A DNA stretch of 64,000 nucleotides from assembly GCA_963804645.1 (NCBI GenBank), contig CAWDRG010000015.1, positions 224,001 to 288,000 on the forward strand. The letters run 5' to 3'. Made by a program: the position numbers and the translations under genes. Below the pieces are notes generated by a model, which was not told where the DNA came from, ran no database searches, and saw only the letters and a program-made list of their open reading frames with translations. Shown piece by piece: positions 42,096 to 52,000 of the stretch. The stretch is from an uncultured Bacillota bacterium (lineage in GTDB: Bacteria > Sysuimicrobiota > Sysuimicrobiia > Sysuimicrobiales > Segetimicrobiaceae). The stretch's first letter is position 1; each line of letters starts with the position of its first letter.

Positions 42096-43025
42096 TTGAC
42101 GAAGCGTGCTCGGCAGGAAACCTCACCGCCGCAGACCGTCCGTCAGCGCAAGACCACCATCAGCCGCGTGTTCCGCATTCTTGAGTGTCTCGTGCACTCC
42201 GGCACCGGCATGAGCATCCGCGATCTCGCGTCTGCCGTCGGCGCGCCGTCGAGCACCGTGCACCGGCTCTGCAAGGGGATGGCGGCGGAAGGCGTCCTGG
42301 TCTGGCAGTCGGACGCGCGCCGGTACGATTGGGGGCCTTCGTGGTTTCGCCTCACGGGCTCGATGAGCCGATCCGACGAGATGCGCCGCTTGGCCCTGCC
42401 TATCATGGAAAAGGTGACCCAGCTCTGCAACGAGACAACGCTGCTCGTTCGGTACGATCGAACGAGCCGGAAGGTAACGCTCACCGACCAGGTGGAATGC
42501 GCGCAGCCACTCCGCTACCATCCCGTGCTCGGTGTCCCCCTGCCGGCGCACGCTGGCGCCAGCGGCAAGGCGGTGCTGGCGTTTCTGCCTGGCGGAGAGA
42601 TCGAGCGGATCCTCGCCGCCGGACTGGAAACCGTGACTGCGCGTACAATCACCGATCCGGCGCGGCTCCGGCGGGACCTTGCCGAGATCCGGAAGCGGGG
42701 CTACTGCGTGTCTCACGGCGAACGCACACTGGGTGCCGTCGGCCTCGCGTGCCCCATCTTCGACGGGAAGTCGAATGTGGTGGGTGCGCTCATGGTCACG
42801 ATCCCGGAATACCGGTTCAACCGGCACCTCGAACGGCGCGTCGTTTCGCGTCTGCGAGAGGAGGCGGAGCGGCTTTCGAGGCTCTTGGGCATGTCCCAGG
42901 ATCTGGACTATCCGCTACAGTCCCGTCACGACCGGCTGCTCACGGGCCTGGGGGGACCACACGCGTTCCGTCCGGTGAACGTCCGGGCGGCATGGCGGCG
43001 CCGACCCACAACTGTCCCGACGTGA
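42096..43025 (+). CDS. IclR-family regulator
   Basis: AGGAGG RBS with a TTG start. HTH STVHRL, HAGASGKAVLA and RKRGYCVSHGE. Confidence 0.93.
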   Translation: MTKRARQETSPPQTVRQRKTTISRVFRILECLVHSGTGMSIRDLASAVGAPSSTVHRLCKGMAAEGVLVWQSDARRYDWGPSWFRLTGSMSRSDEMRRLALPIMEKVTQLCNETTLLVRYDRTSRKVTLTDQVECAQPLRYHPVLGVPLPAHAGASGKAVLAFLPGGEIERILAAGLETVTARTITDPARLRRDLAEIRKRGYCVSHGERTLGAVGLACPIFDGKSNVVGALMVTIPEYRFNRHLERRVVSRLREEAERLSRLLGMSQDLDYPLQSRHDRLLTGLGGPHAFRPVNVRAAWRRRPTTVPT

Positions 43026-43245
43026 CGGCCGGATCTAGGCGGCCCGTGCGCCGCGCAGGCGAGCCGTGCCTTGCGGGCGGGCGGAGGGAGGGGGATTCGC
43101 GCGGGCGCCGAAAAACGGTCCCTAAGAAACGATACGCTGTCCCATTTTTGGAATCGAGGGCCTGGGCCAACCGAGCCCCGGCACGCGTCGTCGCCGATCG
43201 CGGCGTCCGGGACGGGCCCCGGGCGGGAGGAGGGCGGAGAGGGGC

Positions 43246-44301
43246 ATGCGCGACACGCACGGGACTCTGATCACGGGGACGCTCGAATATCTGCGCCGGC
43301 CGCTTGCGGCCAACGTCACGCGGGGTGCCAAGGTACTGGTGCTGACCGACACGGCGCACGACCCGCGCGTCTGGCAGGCGGTCATGACCATCCTCGCCGA
43401 TCTAGGCGCCGAGGCGACTCTGGCGATGTTCGAGCCGCGTCCCGCGGACTATTTCGATCCGCCACGGGCGGTGTGCCAGGCGATGAAAGAGGTCGACTTC
43501 AACGTGCTGCTGGCGTCCACGGGGATGCTCCACTGCCACGCCAACTTCGACGCGATGGCCGCTGGCGTCCCAGCCATCTGTATGGACGGCGGGATGACGC
43601 TGGAGATGTTCCAGTCGGGTGCCGTGACGGAGAACGTCGCCGAGATGTCTAACATCCGCCATTACGTGGCGCAGAATGTGTTTGGCGAGGCGGCGCGCAT
43701 CTGCCGCGTCACGTCGCGGTACGGGACCGACTTCACGTTCGACTGCACCGGCCGCGTATTCATTCCCCCGCTCAAGCCAGCAAACTTCGACCACTACAAA
43801 GTGCTCGACGAAGCTAAGGTGGAGAAGCGCAAGGGCGCCAACCTCCTGTACTATCTGTTCCCGACAGGGGAGTTCAACGTCCCGCCGATCGAGGGGAGTG
43901 CGAACGGCAAGCTGGTCATCGACCTAACGATGCACAACCTTGGGCGCCTGACCGATCCGATCGAACTGACGCTCGTCGGCGGCCGCATCACCACCATCGA
44001 AGGCGGCGCCGAAGCCCGGACCCTGCGGGACTACCTCGATATGTACGGGGACGAGAACGCCTACATGTGCCCCGCCGAGGCGTCGGTGGGGATCAACCGA
44101 CGCGCCCTGATCCGGGGTGTCCAGCGGGAGGACAAGAACATCTTTGGCTGCATGCACTTCGGCCTTGGCACCAACATCGACGTGGGCGGCACGGTGCGGA
44201 GCGCCATCCACATGGACGGGGTGGTGCTGGAGCCGACCCTCTACGTCGACGGCGCGATGCGGATCAAGGATGGGAAGTTCCTGGTGCCGGTCGGCCCTTA
44301 G
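43246..44301 (+). CDS. Aminopeptidase T/M29-fold (NicX-like) metalloprotein, paralog 1
   Basis: Motifs PTGE, EGSANG, EDKN, HFGLGTNIDVGG and HMDGV. Confidence 0.8.
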   Translation: MRDTHGTLITGTLEYLRRPLAANVTRGAKVLVLTDTAHDPRVWQAVMTILADLGAEATLAMFEPRPADYFDPPRAVCQAMKEVDFNVLLASTGMLHCHANFDAMAAGVPAICMDGGMTLEMFQSGAVTENVAEMSNIRHYVAQNVFGEAARICRVTSRYGTDFTFDCTGRVFIPPLKPANFDHYKVLDEAKVEKRKGANLLYYLFPTGEFNVPPIEGSANGKLVIDLTMHNLGRLTDPIELTLVGGRITTIEGGAEARTLRDYLDMYGDENAYMCPAEASVGINRRALIRGVQREDKNIFGCMHFGLGTNIDVGGTVRSAIHMDGVVLEPTLYVDGAMRIKDGKFLVPVGP

Positions 44302-44522
44302 GCGCCTGGCGGCGGAGGCGCCCGCTCGTCGATCGGCGACCGCGCTCGCCTTGACGCGCCGAGAACACGAATGCTATCGTTGCGTCCGATAACAGAACAC
44401 CGTTCCATTCTTGACGGTGGCACCAGCGGGTCGCTCCGGCCGGGTCGAGCCTGCGGGTGGAGGCTTTCGGGAGTTGGACCGCTCTTGTTGATTGAGCCGG
44501 ACTCGACACTCGGAGGACGACG

Positions 44523-45554
44523 GTGATCACCGGGACGCTCGAGTACCTCCGCAAGCCCTTCGCGGCGAACGTCAGGCGCGGCGACCGCGTCCTGATCCTC
44601 ACCGATACCGCGCACGACACCAGGGTCTGGCAAGCCGCGATGACCATCGTGGCCGATCTCGGCGCGGAGCCGGTGCTTGCGTTGTTCGAGCCGCGGCCGG
44701 CCGACTACTACGATCCGCCGTCGGCCGTGTGCGCCGCGATGCTGCAATCCGACGTTAACGTCCTGCTGGCGTCAACCGGGATGCTCCACAGCCCAGCGTC
44801 CATGAAGGCCATGGCAGCGGGCATCCCGACGATCTGCCTCGACGGCGGGCTGCGGCTGGAGGACTTTCAGCAGGGGGCCGTGACAGCCGACTACGTCGAG
44901 ATCATGCGGATCAAGCACTTTGTCGCGAAGAACGTCTTCGGGGCCGGCGCCCGGCACGTGAAGGTGACCTCCAGGTTGGGCAGCGACCTCACCTATTCGG
45001 TGGAAGGCCGGATCTTTATCCCGCCCCTTCGGCCCGAGGGCTGGGATCCGTTCAAGGCGTACCGCCGGACGGAGGAGGGGCGCAAGGGCAGCCCCATGAT
45101 CGCCTGCTTGTTCCCGACGGGCGAGTTCAACGTCCCGCCGGTCGAGGGGAGTGCGAACGGCAAGGCGGTGATCGATCTCACGATGCACCACCTGGGCCGC
45201 CTGACGTCGCCGATCGAGCTGACCGTCGCGGACGGCCGGATCACGCGGATCGACGGCGGTGCCGATGCGAGAACGCTGCGGGACTACCTCGCAGAGTACG
45301 GGGACGAGAACGCATATCTATTCCCGACGGAGGCGTCCATCGGCATCAATCGGAAGGCGCGGATCGTCGGGGTCCAGCGCGAAGACAAGAATATCTTCGG
45401 GTCGATTCACTTCGGCCTGGGCACGAACATCGACGTGGGCGGCACGATTCAAAGCAACATCCACATGGACGGGGTGGTCCTGGAGCCGACCGTGGCTGTG
45501 GACGGCCAAGTGCGCATCCGGGAGGGAGTGTTCGAGGCGTCGCTGACGTCCTGA
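44523..45554 (+). CDS. Aminopeptidase T/M29-fold (NicX-like) metalloprotein, paralog 2
   Basis: Same motifs as paralog 1 and collinear with it. GGAGG RBS. Confidence 0.8.
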   Translation: MITGTLEYLRKPFAANVRRGDRVLILTDTAHDTRVWQAAMTIVADLGAEPVLALFEPRPADYYDPPSAVCAAMLQSDVNVLLASTGMLHSPASMKAMAAGIPTICLDGGLRLEDFQQGAVTADYVEIMRIKHFVAKNVFGAGARHVKVTSRLGSDLTYSVEGRIFIPPLRPEGWDPFKAYRRTEEGRKGSPMIACLFPTGEFNVPPVEGSANGKAVIDLTMHHLGRLTSPIELTVADGRITRIDGGADARTLRDYLAEYGDENAYLFPTEASIGINRKARIVGVQREDKNIFGSIHFGLGTNIDVGGTIQSNIHMDGVVLEPTVAVDGQVRIREGVFEASLTS

Positions 45555-45699
45555 CGGGTTCGCCGTCCGGCCGGCCGGAGCCACGTGGGAGGGCCTGACA
45601 GCGGTTCGACGGCATCGGGACATGCGCGCAGCGGGAGGGCAACCACGGACTGTTAGGCGTGTGTGCAGTCGGGGGGAGTAGCGTCAACTGCGAATCCGG

Positions 45700-46788
45700 A
45701 TGCGCGGAGAGGGAGTTGCGACGATGATCGCGGAGCCCGCGAGGCAGAGAGGACGTACGGCGAGCCGGCGTGCACTGACGGCGATCTGTTTGGGTGTGCT
45801 CCTCCTGGCGGCCGTGAGCGGGAGTCCCGGGGGGCGAGCGGCCGGAGCCGGTCTCACGAACCTGACCGTTGGCATCGCCGGGGCCGGCGATGCGCTGACC
45901 GCGCCGGAGCTCGGCTTGGCGCTGGTGCAGGGGGAGTTCCAGAAGCAGGGCCTGAACGTTAACGTCATCTCGCTGCAGCCGCAGGCAAGCCTGCTGACCG
46001 CAGCGCTGATGACGAACCAGGTGCAGATCATTTGGTCGGGCATCGGGCCCTATTTCCTCGCGCGCTCGAAGGGCGTCGCCCTCTCCTACTTCTACATGGA
46101 CGAGAAGTTCGGCTCGTCCGGCGCGCTGTTCGGCGGGAGCAAGGCGCAAAACCTGGACATGCTCAAGGGCCTGACCGGCCTGCGCTGCGGGTCTGGATCG
46201 CCCGGCACGACGTCGTATGCCACCACGCAGTTTTACGAAAAGGTCTTCGGCTTCCAGTGCGGGAGCTACGTCACCGTCACGGGCGAGTCGACGGCCCTCG
46301 GATCGCTGAAGGCGGGGTCGCTCGACGTGGTAGTGAACCAGGTGTCGTGGGCGCAGGATGCGGTGAAAAACGGCGACGGTTACATGCTCGCGAACCCCGC
46401 GGATCCGGCGACGTACGCGAAGGTGTTCGGCGGCCAACCGATCATCTACACCGGGTTTGTGGCCATGAAGACCTGGCTTGACGCAAACGACGCGACGGTC
46501 AAGGCGTTCGTCAGTGCGATCAGCACGGGCGAAGCCTACTTTCAATCGCAGAGCCAAGACCAGGTCGTCCAGCAGCTGAGCAAGATTCCCAACCTGGCGG
46601 AGACGGGCCCCGAGATTCAGACCCTGGTCGTCACGACGCGGCCGTTCGCGCTATTCAGCCGGGGTGCGGTGTCGCGCCCGACCTGGGACGCCGCGCTGAA
46701 GTTCTACAGCAACTTCTTCTCGATGGATTTTTCGACGCCCACATACGCGTACGGCGAATTCTGGGTCCCCACGTTCACGACCAAGTGA
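45700..46788 (+). CDS. ABC transporter substrate-binding protein (SsuA/TauA/NMT1-like)
   Basis: Signal-peptide-like segment, GEFQKQGLNV and ALGSLKAGSLD. Lies next to the ATPase and permease. Confidence 0.82.
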   Translation: MRGEGVATMIAEPARQRGRTASRRALTAICLGVLLLAAVSGSPGGRAAGAGLTNLTVGIAGAGDALTAPELGLALVQGEFQKQGLNVNVISLQPQASLLTAALMTNQVQIIWSGIGPYFLARSKGVALSYFYMDEKFGSSGALFGGSKAQNLDMLKGLTGLRCGSGSPGTTSYATTQFYEKVFGFQCGSYVTVTGESTALGSLKAGSLDVVVNQVSWAQDAVKNGDGYMLANPADPATYAKVFGGQPIIYTGFVAMKTWLDANDATVKAFVSAISTGEAYFQSQSQDQVVQQLSKIPNLAETGPEIQTLVVTTRPFALFSRGAVSRPTWDAALKFYSNFFSMDFSTPTYAYGEFWVPTFTTK

Positions 46789-47129
46789 GCTCCGTCGTGG
46801 TTCGGACCACACACGCGGCCCGACGTCACGCTCGGCTCCGCACAGCATGACACGCGTGGCCGGCGCCCCGATGCTGAGGGACCGATATCCGCGTGCGACG
46901 CGGCTCCAACGGGAGCGCGGTGCGTGAACTCGCCGAGGGAGCTTACGTGGTGTTGTTGGCTCGCCCCGAGCCTCCCGCAGTCGTTGGCCGCACAGGATAA
47001 CCGCGCCACCGCGCACGGCGTCCCCTGTGGCGAGCCCCGCGGCGCGCGCGTCGTCCGGGATGATGAGAGTGCCGCGCCGCCATGGGGTGACGCCGGGGAC
47101 TTGGGGACCGCGGATTGGAAGGTAGAGGG

Positions 47130-48014
47130 ATGGACCCCTGGCGTTCGGACAACGACGACGGCTCCGTTGTCGTGAGTGTGAGGCAGCGCAGCGCCGGTGC
47201 CGCGGTGATTGTGTCGGGCCTGTCGAAGTGTTACGAGGGCCCGAGCGGCACATTGATCCACGCCGTCGAGGACGTGAGCATGGAGGTTCAGGAGGGCCAG
47301 TTCGCCGGGATTGTCGGGCCCAGCGGCAGCGGCAAGACCACGGTGCTCGGGATGATCGCCGGCCTGATCCGTCCGGACGGGGGCGAGGTGAGGGTTCGGC
47401 TGCCCGACATCAACGGAGACGAGTCCATCGCGTTAAAGCGGAGCCTGCTGTTCCAGAAGGACACCACCCTGCCGTGGCTCTCGGTCCGGAAGAACCTGGA
47501 GGTGTGCCTCATCGCGGCCCGCAGCGGCAAGGAGCCAGCCGCACGCCGCCGGGATCGCGCCGACGAGAGCCGGCGGGTGGACCTGATGCTCGAACTCAGC
47601 GGCCTCTCCCAGTTTGCCCACGCATATCCGCATCAGCTGTCGGGCGGCATGCTCCGGCGGTTGGCGCTCTTCCAAAGCCTCATTACCGAACCGGATCTCC
47701 TCATGCTCGACGAGCCCTTCAGCGCGCTCGACGAACCGACTCGCATCGAGCTGCACGCCCTGCTCCTCGAGCTGCCCGCTCCGCGCATGACCATTTTGAT
47801 CACACACGACATCGCCGAGGCGATTTCACTCTGCGATGTCATCTTCGTCATGACCCGCCGGCCCGGTCGGATTCGCGCCGTCTACCAGATCGATATCGAG
47901 CGGCCGCGGGACGTCTACACAGTTCGGGAGACCGCCCGGTTCGGGGAGTTGTACCGGGCGATCTGGCGGGAAATCCGGGAGGAGATCGTCGGCCAGCGGG
48001 CTGGCCGGGTGTAG
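47130..48014 (+). CDS. ABC transporter ATP-binding protein (TauB/SsuB-like)
   Basis: Motifs GPSGSGKT, LSGGM, LDEPFSALD and ITHD. Confidence 0.95.
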   Translation: MDPWRSDNDDGSVVVSVRQRSAGAAVIVSGLSKCYEGPSGTLIHAVEDVSMEVQEGQFAGIVGPSGSGKTTVLGMIAGLIRPDGGEVRVRLPDINGDESIALKRSLLFQKDTTLPWLSVRKNLEVCLIAARSGKEPAARRRDRADESRRVDLMLELSGLSQFAHAYPHQLSGGMLRRLALFQSLITEPDLLMLDEPFSALDEPTRIELHALLLELPAPRMTILITHDIAEAISLCDVIFVMTRRPGRIRAVYQIDIERPRDVYTVRETARFGELYRAIWREIREEIVGQRAGRV

Positions 48015-48071
48015 CGGAGGGCGGATGGCGCGCGTCACGGGGCGGTCGAAGCGTCGCGAGGGACGCATCGC

Positions 48072-48920
48072 GTGGAGCCGTTGACCACGCCCGGCGCCGT
48101 CGGGTCCCGTGCGCCGATCGTCCGGCGCGGCCGGGACCACCGCGAGGCCGTGATGATCAACGTCGCGAGGATCGCGGTGCTGGCGGTCATCCTTCTGCTG
48201 TGGGAGTACCTCCCGCAGGCGCTGGCGAGCAAGAAGCTGATCATCCTCAACCCGCTGTTCATCAGCAGTCCGTCGCGTATCGCGCACGATCTGCAGGATA
48301 TTGCGGCCACCGGGCTGATTTTCGGCGCGTTGTGGTCAACGGTCTCCGCCAGCCTCATCGGGCTGGCCGTCGGTGTCGCGGCCGGATACATCGTGGCGCT
48401 GGCGCTCGGCGAGTCACGGCGAGCCGCCGCGGTCATGATGGTCTACATCGACGCCGTCAATGCCGTGCCGCGGGTCGCGTTGTTCCCGTTGATCGTCATT
48501 CTTGTCGGGTTCGGCCCGGTGTCGAAGATCATCGGTGCCGTGATCGTCGTCTTCTTCATCATCTTCTACAACGCCTATCAGGGGACGCGCAGCGTGCCGG
48601 CGCAGACCGTCAGTGCCTACGAGCTGCTGGGAGCGCGGCGCTGGTTCTTGATCCGCTACATCAAGGCCTATGTCGCCCTCGGGTGGGCGTTCGCGCAATT
48701 CCCCACAGCCGTCGCCTTCTCCCTGGTGGCCGTGATCACGACGGAGATCCTGGTCTCCAACTCGGGGCTGGGCTACCTGCTCATCTCGGCGATCGATCTG
48801 CTGAATTCAACGCGCGCGTTCTCCATCATGATCGCGGCCGCGGCGGTCGGCGTGTTGTTGTCCGGAGGCGCGCGGTTCTTCGTCCGCAAGCTGTTCCCCT
48901 GGATCGATTCGGTCGCGTGA
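48072..48920 (+). CDS. ABC transporter permease (TauC/SsuC-like)
   Basis: Motifs SSPSRI, VPRVALFPL and GLGYL, with about six TM segments. Confidence 0.92.
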   Translation: MEPLTTPGAVGSRAPIVRRGRDHREAVMINVARIAVLAVILLLWEYLPQALASKKLIILNPLFISSPSRIAHDLQDIAATGLIFGALWSTVSASLIGLAVGVAAGYIVALALGESRRAAAVMMVYIDAVNAVPRVALFPLIVILVGFGPVSKIIGAVIVVFFIIFYNAYQGTRSVPAQTVSAYELLGARRWFLIRYIKAYVALGWAFAQFPTAVAFSLVAVITTEILVSNSGLGYLLISAIDLLNSTRAFSIMIAAAAVGVLLSGGARFFVRKLFPWIDSVA

Positions 48921-48944
48921 CCTGACACGAAGGAGGCTGACGGC

Positions 48945-49892
48945 ATGACAGCGGCACGACTGGGCTACATCTGCAGGTGCATGACCACGTTCACGGCCAC
49001 TGGCCAGTTCGACCCGGACGCCTACCGTCTCTACCTACAGCGCTTCCTAGAGCCGCAGATCGGCATCTACGTCGCCAGTTCGGGCACCGGCGTGGGGCAG
49101 GCGCTCAGTTGGGAAGAGCTCGGGAGTCTGTACCGCACCGCAGTCCAGGCCTGTCGGGGACGGATCGTCGTCGGCGCGAACATCCCGGAGCAGTACACAG
49201 CGAAAGCGTCCATCGAGCATGCCGCGCTCGCCGTCGAGTGCGGCGTGGACGTCGTCAACATCTACGGACCCGACGGCCGTCACAGCTTCCGCCCGACCGA
49301 CGCGGAGTATGCGGCGTTCTTCGACACGGTGCTACCCACGGTGAAGCGCGACGTTTCGCTGTGCCCCAATCCGACGATCGGGTATGTCCCAAGTCCGCGA
49401 CTGCTCGCAAGCATCGCCGATCGGCACTCGAACGTCACCACCATCGTACTGACCGGTCACGCTGTCGACGATTATTTCATCGCCCTCCGCGACGCGCTGA
49501 AGCGGGACAACATCCCGATCTTCGTCGCGGAACCCGGGTCGCTCAACGCACTCTCTCTCGGCGCGGCGGGTCTTGCCGGGAATCTCGCCGGCGTCATCCC
49601 CAAGACGTATCGCCGGTACATGAACGCGTTTCAGGAGGGTCGGCTGGCGGAGGCGGGACAGGAGTACGCGCGGATCCGCCGGCTGATGGCCTTCACGGAG
49701 GCGTGGAAGGGTGGCGTGCCGAGGTGGGTTATGATGTATCTTCGGGAATTTAGGCAGCCGGGGGGCACAGGGCGGCTGCCGGACCCGTACGTGCACTGGC
49801 CTGAGACCGAGTACGATCGGTTTCGGCGGGGCATCCTCGCGCTCGATATTCCTGAGATCATGGAGACCGCAAAGCACGCCGGCGTGCTGTGA
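48945..49892 (+). CDS. Divergent DapA/NAL-family TIM-barrel protein
   Basis: Motifs SSGTG...LSWEE, VVGAN, GVDVVNIY and LSLGAAG. AGGAGG RBS. Confidence 0.8.
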   Translation: MTAARLGYICRCMTTFTATGQFDPDAYRLYLQRFLEPQIGIYVASSGTGVGQALSWEELGSLYRTAVQACRGRIVVGANIPEQYTAKASIEHAALAVECGVDVVNIYGPDGRHSFRPTDAEYAAFFDTVLPTVKRDVSLCPNPTIGYVPSPRLLASIADRHSNVTTIVLTGHAVDDYFIALRDALKRDNIPIFVAEPGSLNALSLGAAGLAGNLAGVIPKTYRRYMNAFQEGRLAEAGQEYARIRRLMAFTEAWKGGVPRWVMMYLREFRQPGGTGRLPDPYVHWPETEYDRFRRGILALDIPEIMETAKHAGVL

Positions 49893-50268
49893 CGCTGCGG
49901 GGCCGCGCGGATGGCCCCGGCCGTCTACTGGATCTGTTCGCTTCAACCAAGAGCGCGAGGGCGAGGGACGCAAGTGCAGTTCGAGTGCAGCCCCGAAGCC
50001 CTCCGGAAGACAAGCTTGCCGATCGACTCGACCCACCGGCGGATCACGGACTCCATCAGTTGCCCGCACGTCTCGAGCATAGAAGCCGGTCCACTCTGTT
50101 CACTCGAGTGCTACGCTAAAGTCGCCGCCGAGCGACGTCGAGACTGTCATGATGAGCGAACCGGCAACGGGCTGTCCGCGTCAGATGGGGAAGGGAGCAG
50201 CCGTGCATCCGCCCCGCAGTTCCCTCTCCGTGTAAGTTGAAGCACTCTCGGCGCGGTACGGAACGCCA

Positions 50269-50799
50269 TTGACTCGGGTCGTGCGACTGGGCGCGAACCA
50301 CTCGCTCGCCCACGCGGCCGCGACGCGGAGCGCAGAGGTCTGTATGGTCATGCGCGTCGGCACGGAGGGTGTCCTTACCATGACGAAGGCGTTTTATCCC
50401 GCTGATGTGTACCGGCTCCCGACAGGCGGCATCGACGCAGGGGAATCCGTACTCTGTGCGCTACTTCGCGAAGTGCGTGAGGAAACCGGCCAGCGTGCCG
50501 TCGTGCTCGCCTTCCTTGCGATTATCGGTTATCAGACCAGCACAGTCGTCTCGGAATTCCCCACTTTCGCGTTTCTTCTGGACTGCGCTCGCACTCCGAA
50601 GCCCCTCGACGTCGAGGAGCAGATCACAGACTTTCGCGTGGTGGCGCGGGATCAATTGCCAATGATCGCGGATCAACTCGAGCGTTTGCCTGACGCCGTG
50701 ACGCCGCATTCTGGCCGGTCGTGGGCGGATTGGGGGCGGTTCCGCAGCCCCGCCCACCGGGTCGTCTGGGAGGCCCTCATCGCATCCGCCCACGGGTGA
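50269..50799 (+). CDS. NUDIX hydrolase
   Basis: Nudix box PTGGIDAGES...LLREVREETG. An in-frame TAA at 50233 may truncate the N-terminus. Confidence 0.85.
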   Translation: MTRVVRLGANHSLAHAAATRSAEVCMVMRVGTEGVLTMTKAFYPADVYRLPTGGIDAGESVLCALLREVREETGQRAVVLAFLAIIGYQTSTVVSEFPTFAFLLDCARTPKPLDVEEQITDFRVVARDQLPMIADQLERLPDAVTPHSGRSWADWGRFRSPAHRVVWEALIASAHG

Positions 50800-50911
50800 C
50801 TCGAGAGTTCCTTACCGACACCCATGGCTCCGGATCCCGGCGTCGGCGGGCGTGTCGCGCTGAACCATGCAGGTGCCGCGCGGCATCCGACCGGCTCGAG
50901 TGTCTGCTGAG

Positions 50912-52000
50912 TCAGACGGCAGCCTCGCCCGACGGAAGATCAAGGATTTCGACCCAATGGGGGGCCCGGCCCATCGGGTACCGCTGGTGCAAGGCAAGCG
51001 CTCCTGTGGTCTCACCGATTGTATACAGGCTCATGCTGTTCGACTTCTGGCCAACCGCGAGCAGGAACCGGCCGCGCGGATCGATATTGAAGCCCCGCGG
51101 CTGCTGTTCGGTCGGAAAATGATCGATAGGTGCCAGGTTTCCGTCCTGTTCATCTACCTGAAAGGCGCTGATCGTATGGGACGCGCGCTCAGTGGCGTAC
51201 AGATACCGGCCATTCGGCGTGACATGGACGTCCGCCGCTGCGAATGGGCCGGTCGCGCGAAAGTCGGGTGGCAGAAGGGTCTCAGTGCCAATCAGGGCCA
51301 GGGAACCCATTGTAGCATCGTACCGGTAGCCGGTGACAGAGGCATCCAACTCGTTCGTACAATATGCGAACCGCTGACTGGGGTGGAAGGTAAAGTGACG
51401 CGGACCGGCCCCCGCGCGGGCCGCAGTAGAGCCCGGCACGTTGGGCGTCGCGCGTCCGGTCGCGGGGTCGAAGCGGAATTGGAGAATGACGTCGCCGCCA
51501 AGACTCGGGACGAACAGATGGCGATTGGTCGGATCGGTCAGGATCGCGTGCGGGCGCGGCGGTGTCGGTGTGACCTGAACCGGTCGGGCGTCGACCAACC
51601 CGTGGGCATCGATCGGGTTGATCGAGATTTGATTCCCGCTGTACGATGCGCTCAACAGGAACCGTCCCGTCCGGTCGACGGAGATGTACGCCATGTTGTC
51701 GGGGAGCGGCACCGTCGACAGGAGGCGCAATCTCCCGTTTACCGGGTCAATCGCGAGGCTCACCGCCCGGAACGGCTGCGAGCGGATCGCGGCGTACAGG
51801 AACCGTCGGCTCGGACTGATCGCGAGCGGTCCCGCCGCGCCCGTGACCGGGACTTGTTGCTCCAGCGTCGCCGCACCGGTGACCCCGTCGAGGCGCATGA
51901 CGTAGATCTCGGCGCTGTCCGCGTTGGAGACGTAGACGACCATAGGCGCTCGGGTCCCGAGATCGTGCGCCGCGGGATCATTCGGTGACTGCGACAGCAT
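50912..52000 (-). CDS. pgl: 6-phosphogluconolactonase-like beta-propeller
   Basis: Motifs VYVSNADS, GPRHFTFHP, AADVHVTPNGRYLY and QPRGFNIDP. Confidence 0.88.
   Translation of the reverse strand: MLSQSPNDPAAHDLGTRAPMVVYVSNADSAEIYVMRLDGVTGAATLEQQVPVTGAAGPLAISPSRRFLYAAIRSQPFRAVSLAIDPVNGRLRLLSTVPLPDNMAYISVDRTGRFLLSASYSGNQISINPIDAHGLVDARPVQVTPTPPRPHAILTDPTNRHLFVPSLGGDVILQFRFDPATGRATPNVPGSTAARAGAGPRHFTFHPSQRFAYCTNELDASVTGYRYDATMGSLALIGTETLLPPDFRATGPFAAADVHVTPNGRYLYATERASHTISAFQVDEQDGNLAPIDHFPTEQQPRGFNIDPRGRFLLAVGQKSNSMSLYTIGETTGALALHQRYPMGRAPHWVEILDLPSGEAAV

Noticed and set aside
46790..47130. Long GC-rich gap inside the ABC operon, possible riboswitch or REP
   Set aside because: No recognisable RNA motif or repeated unit by eye.
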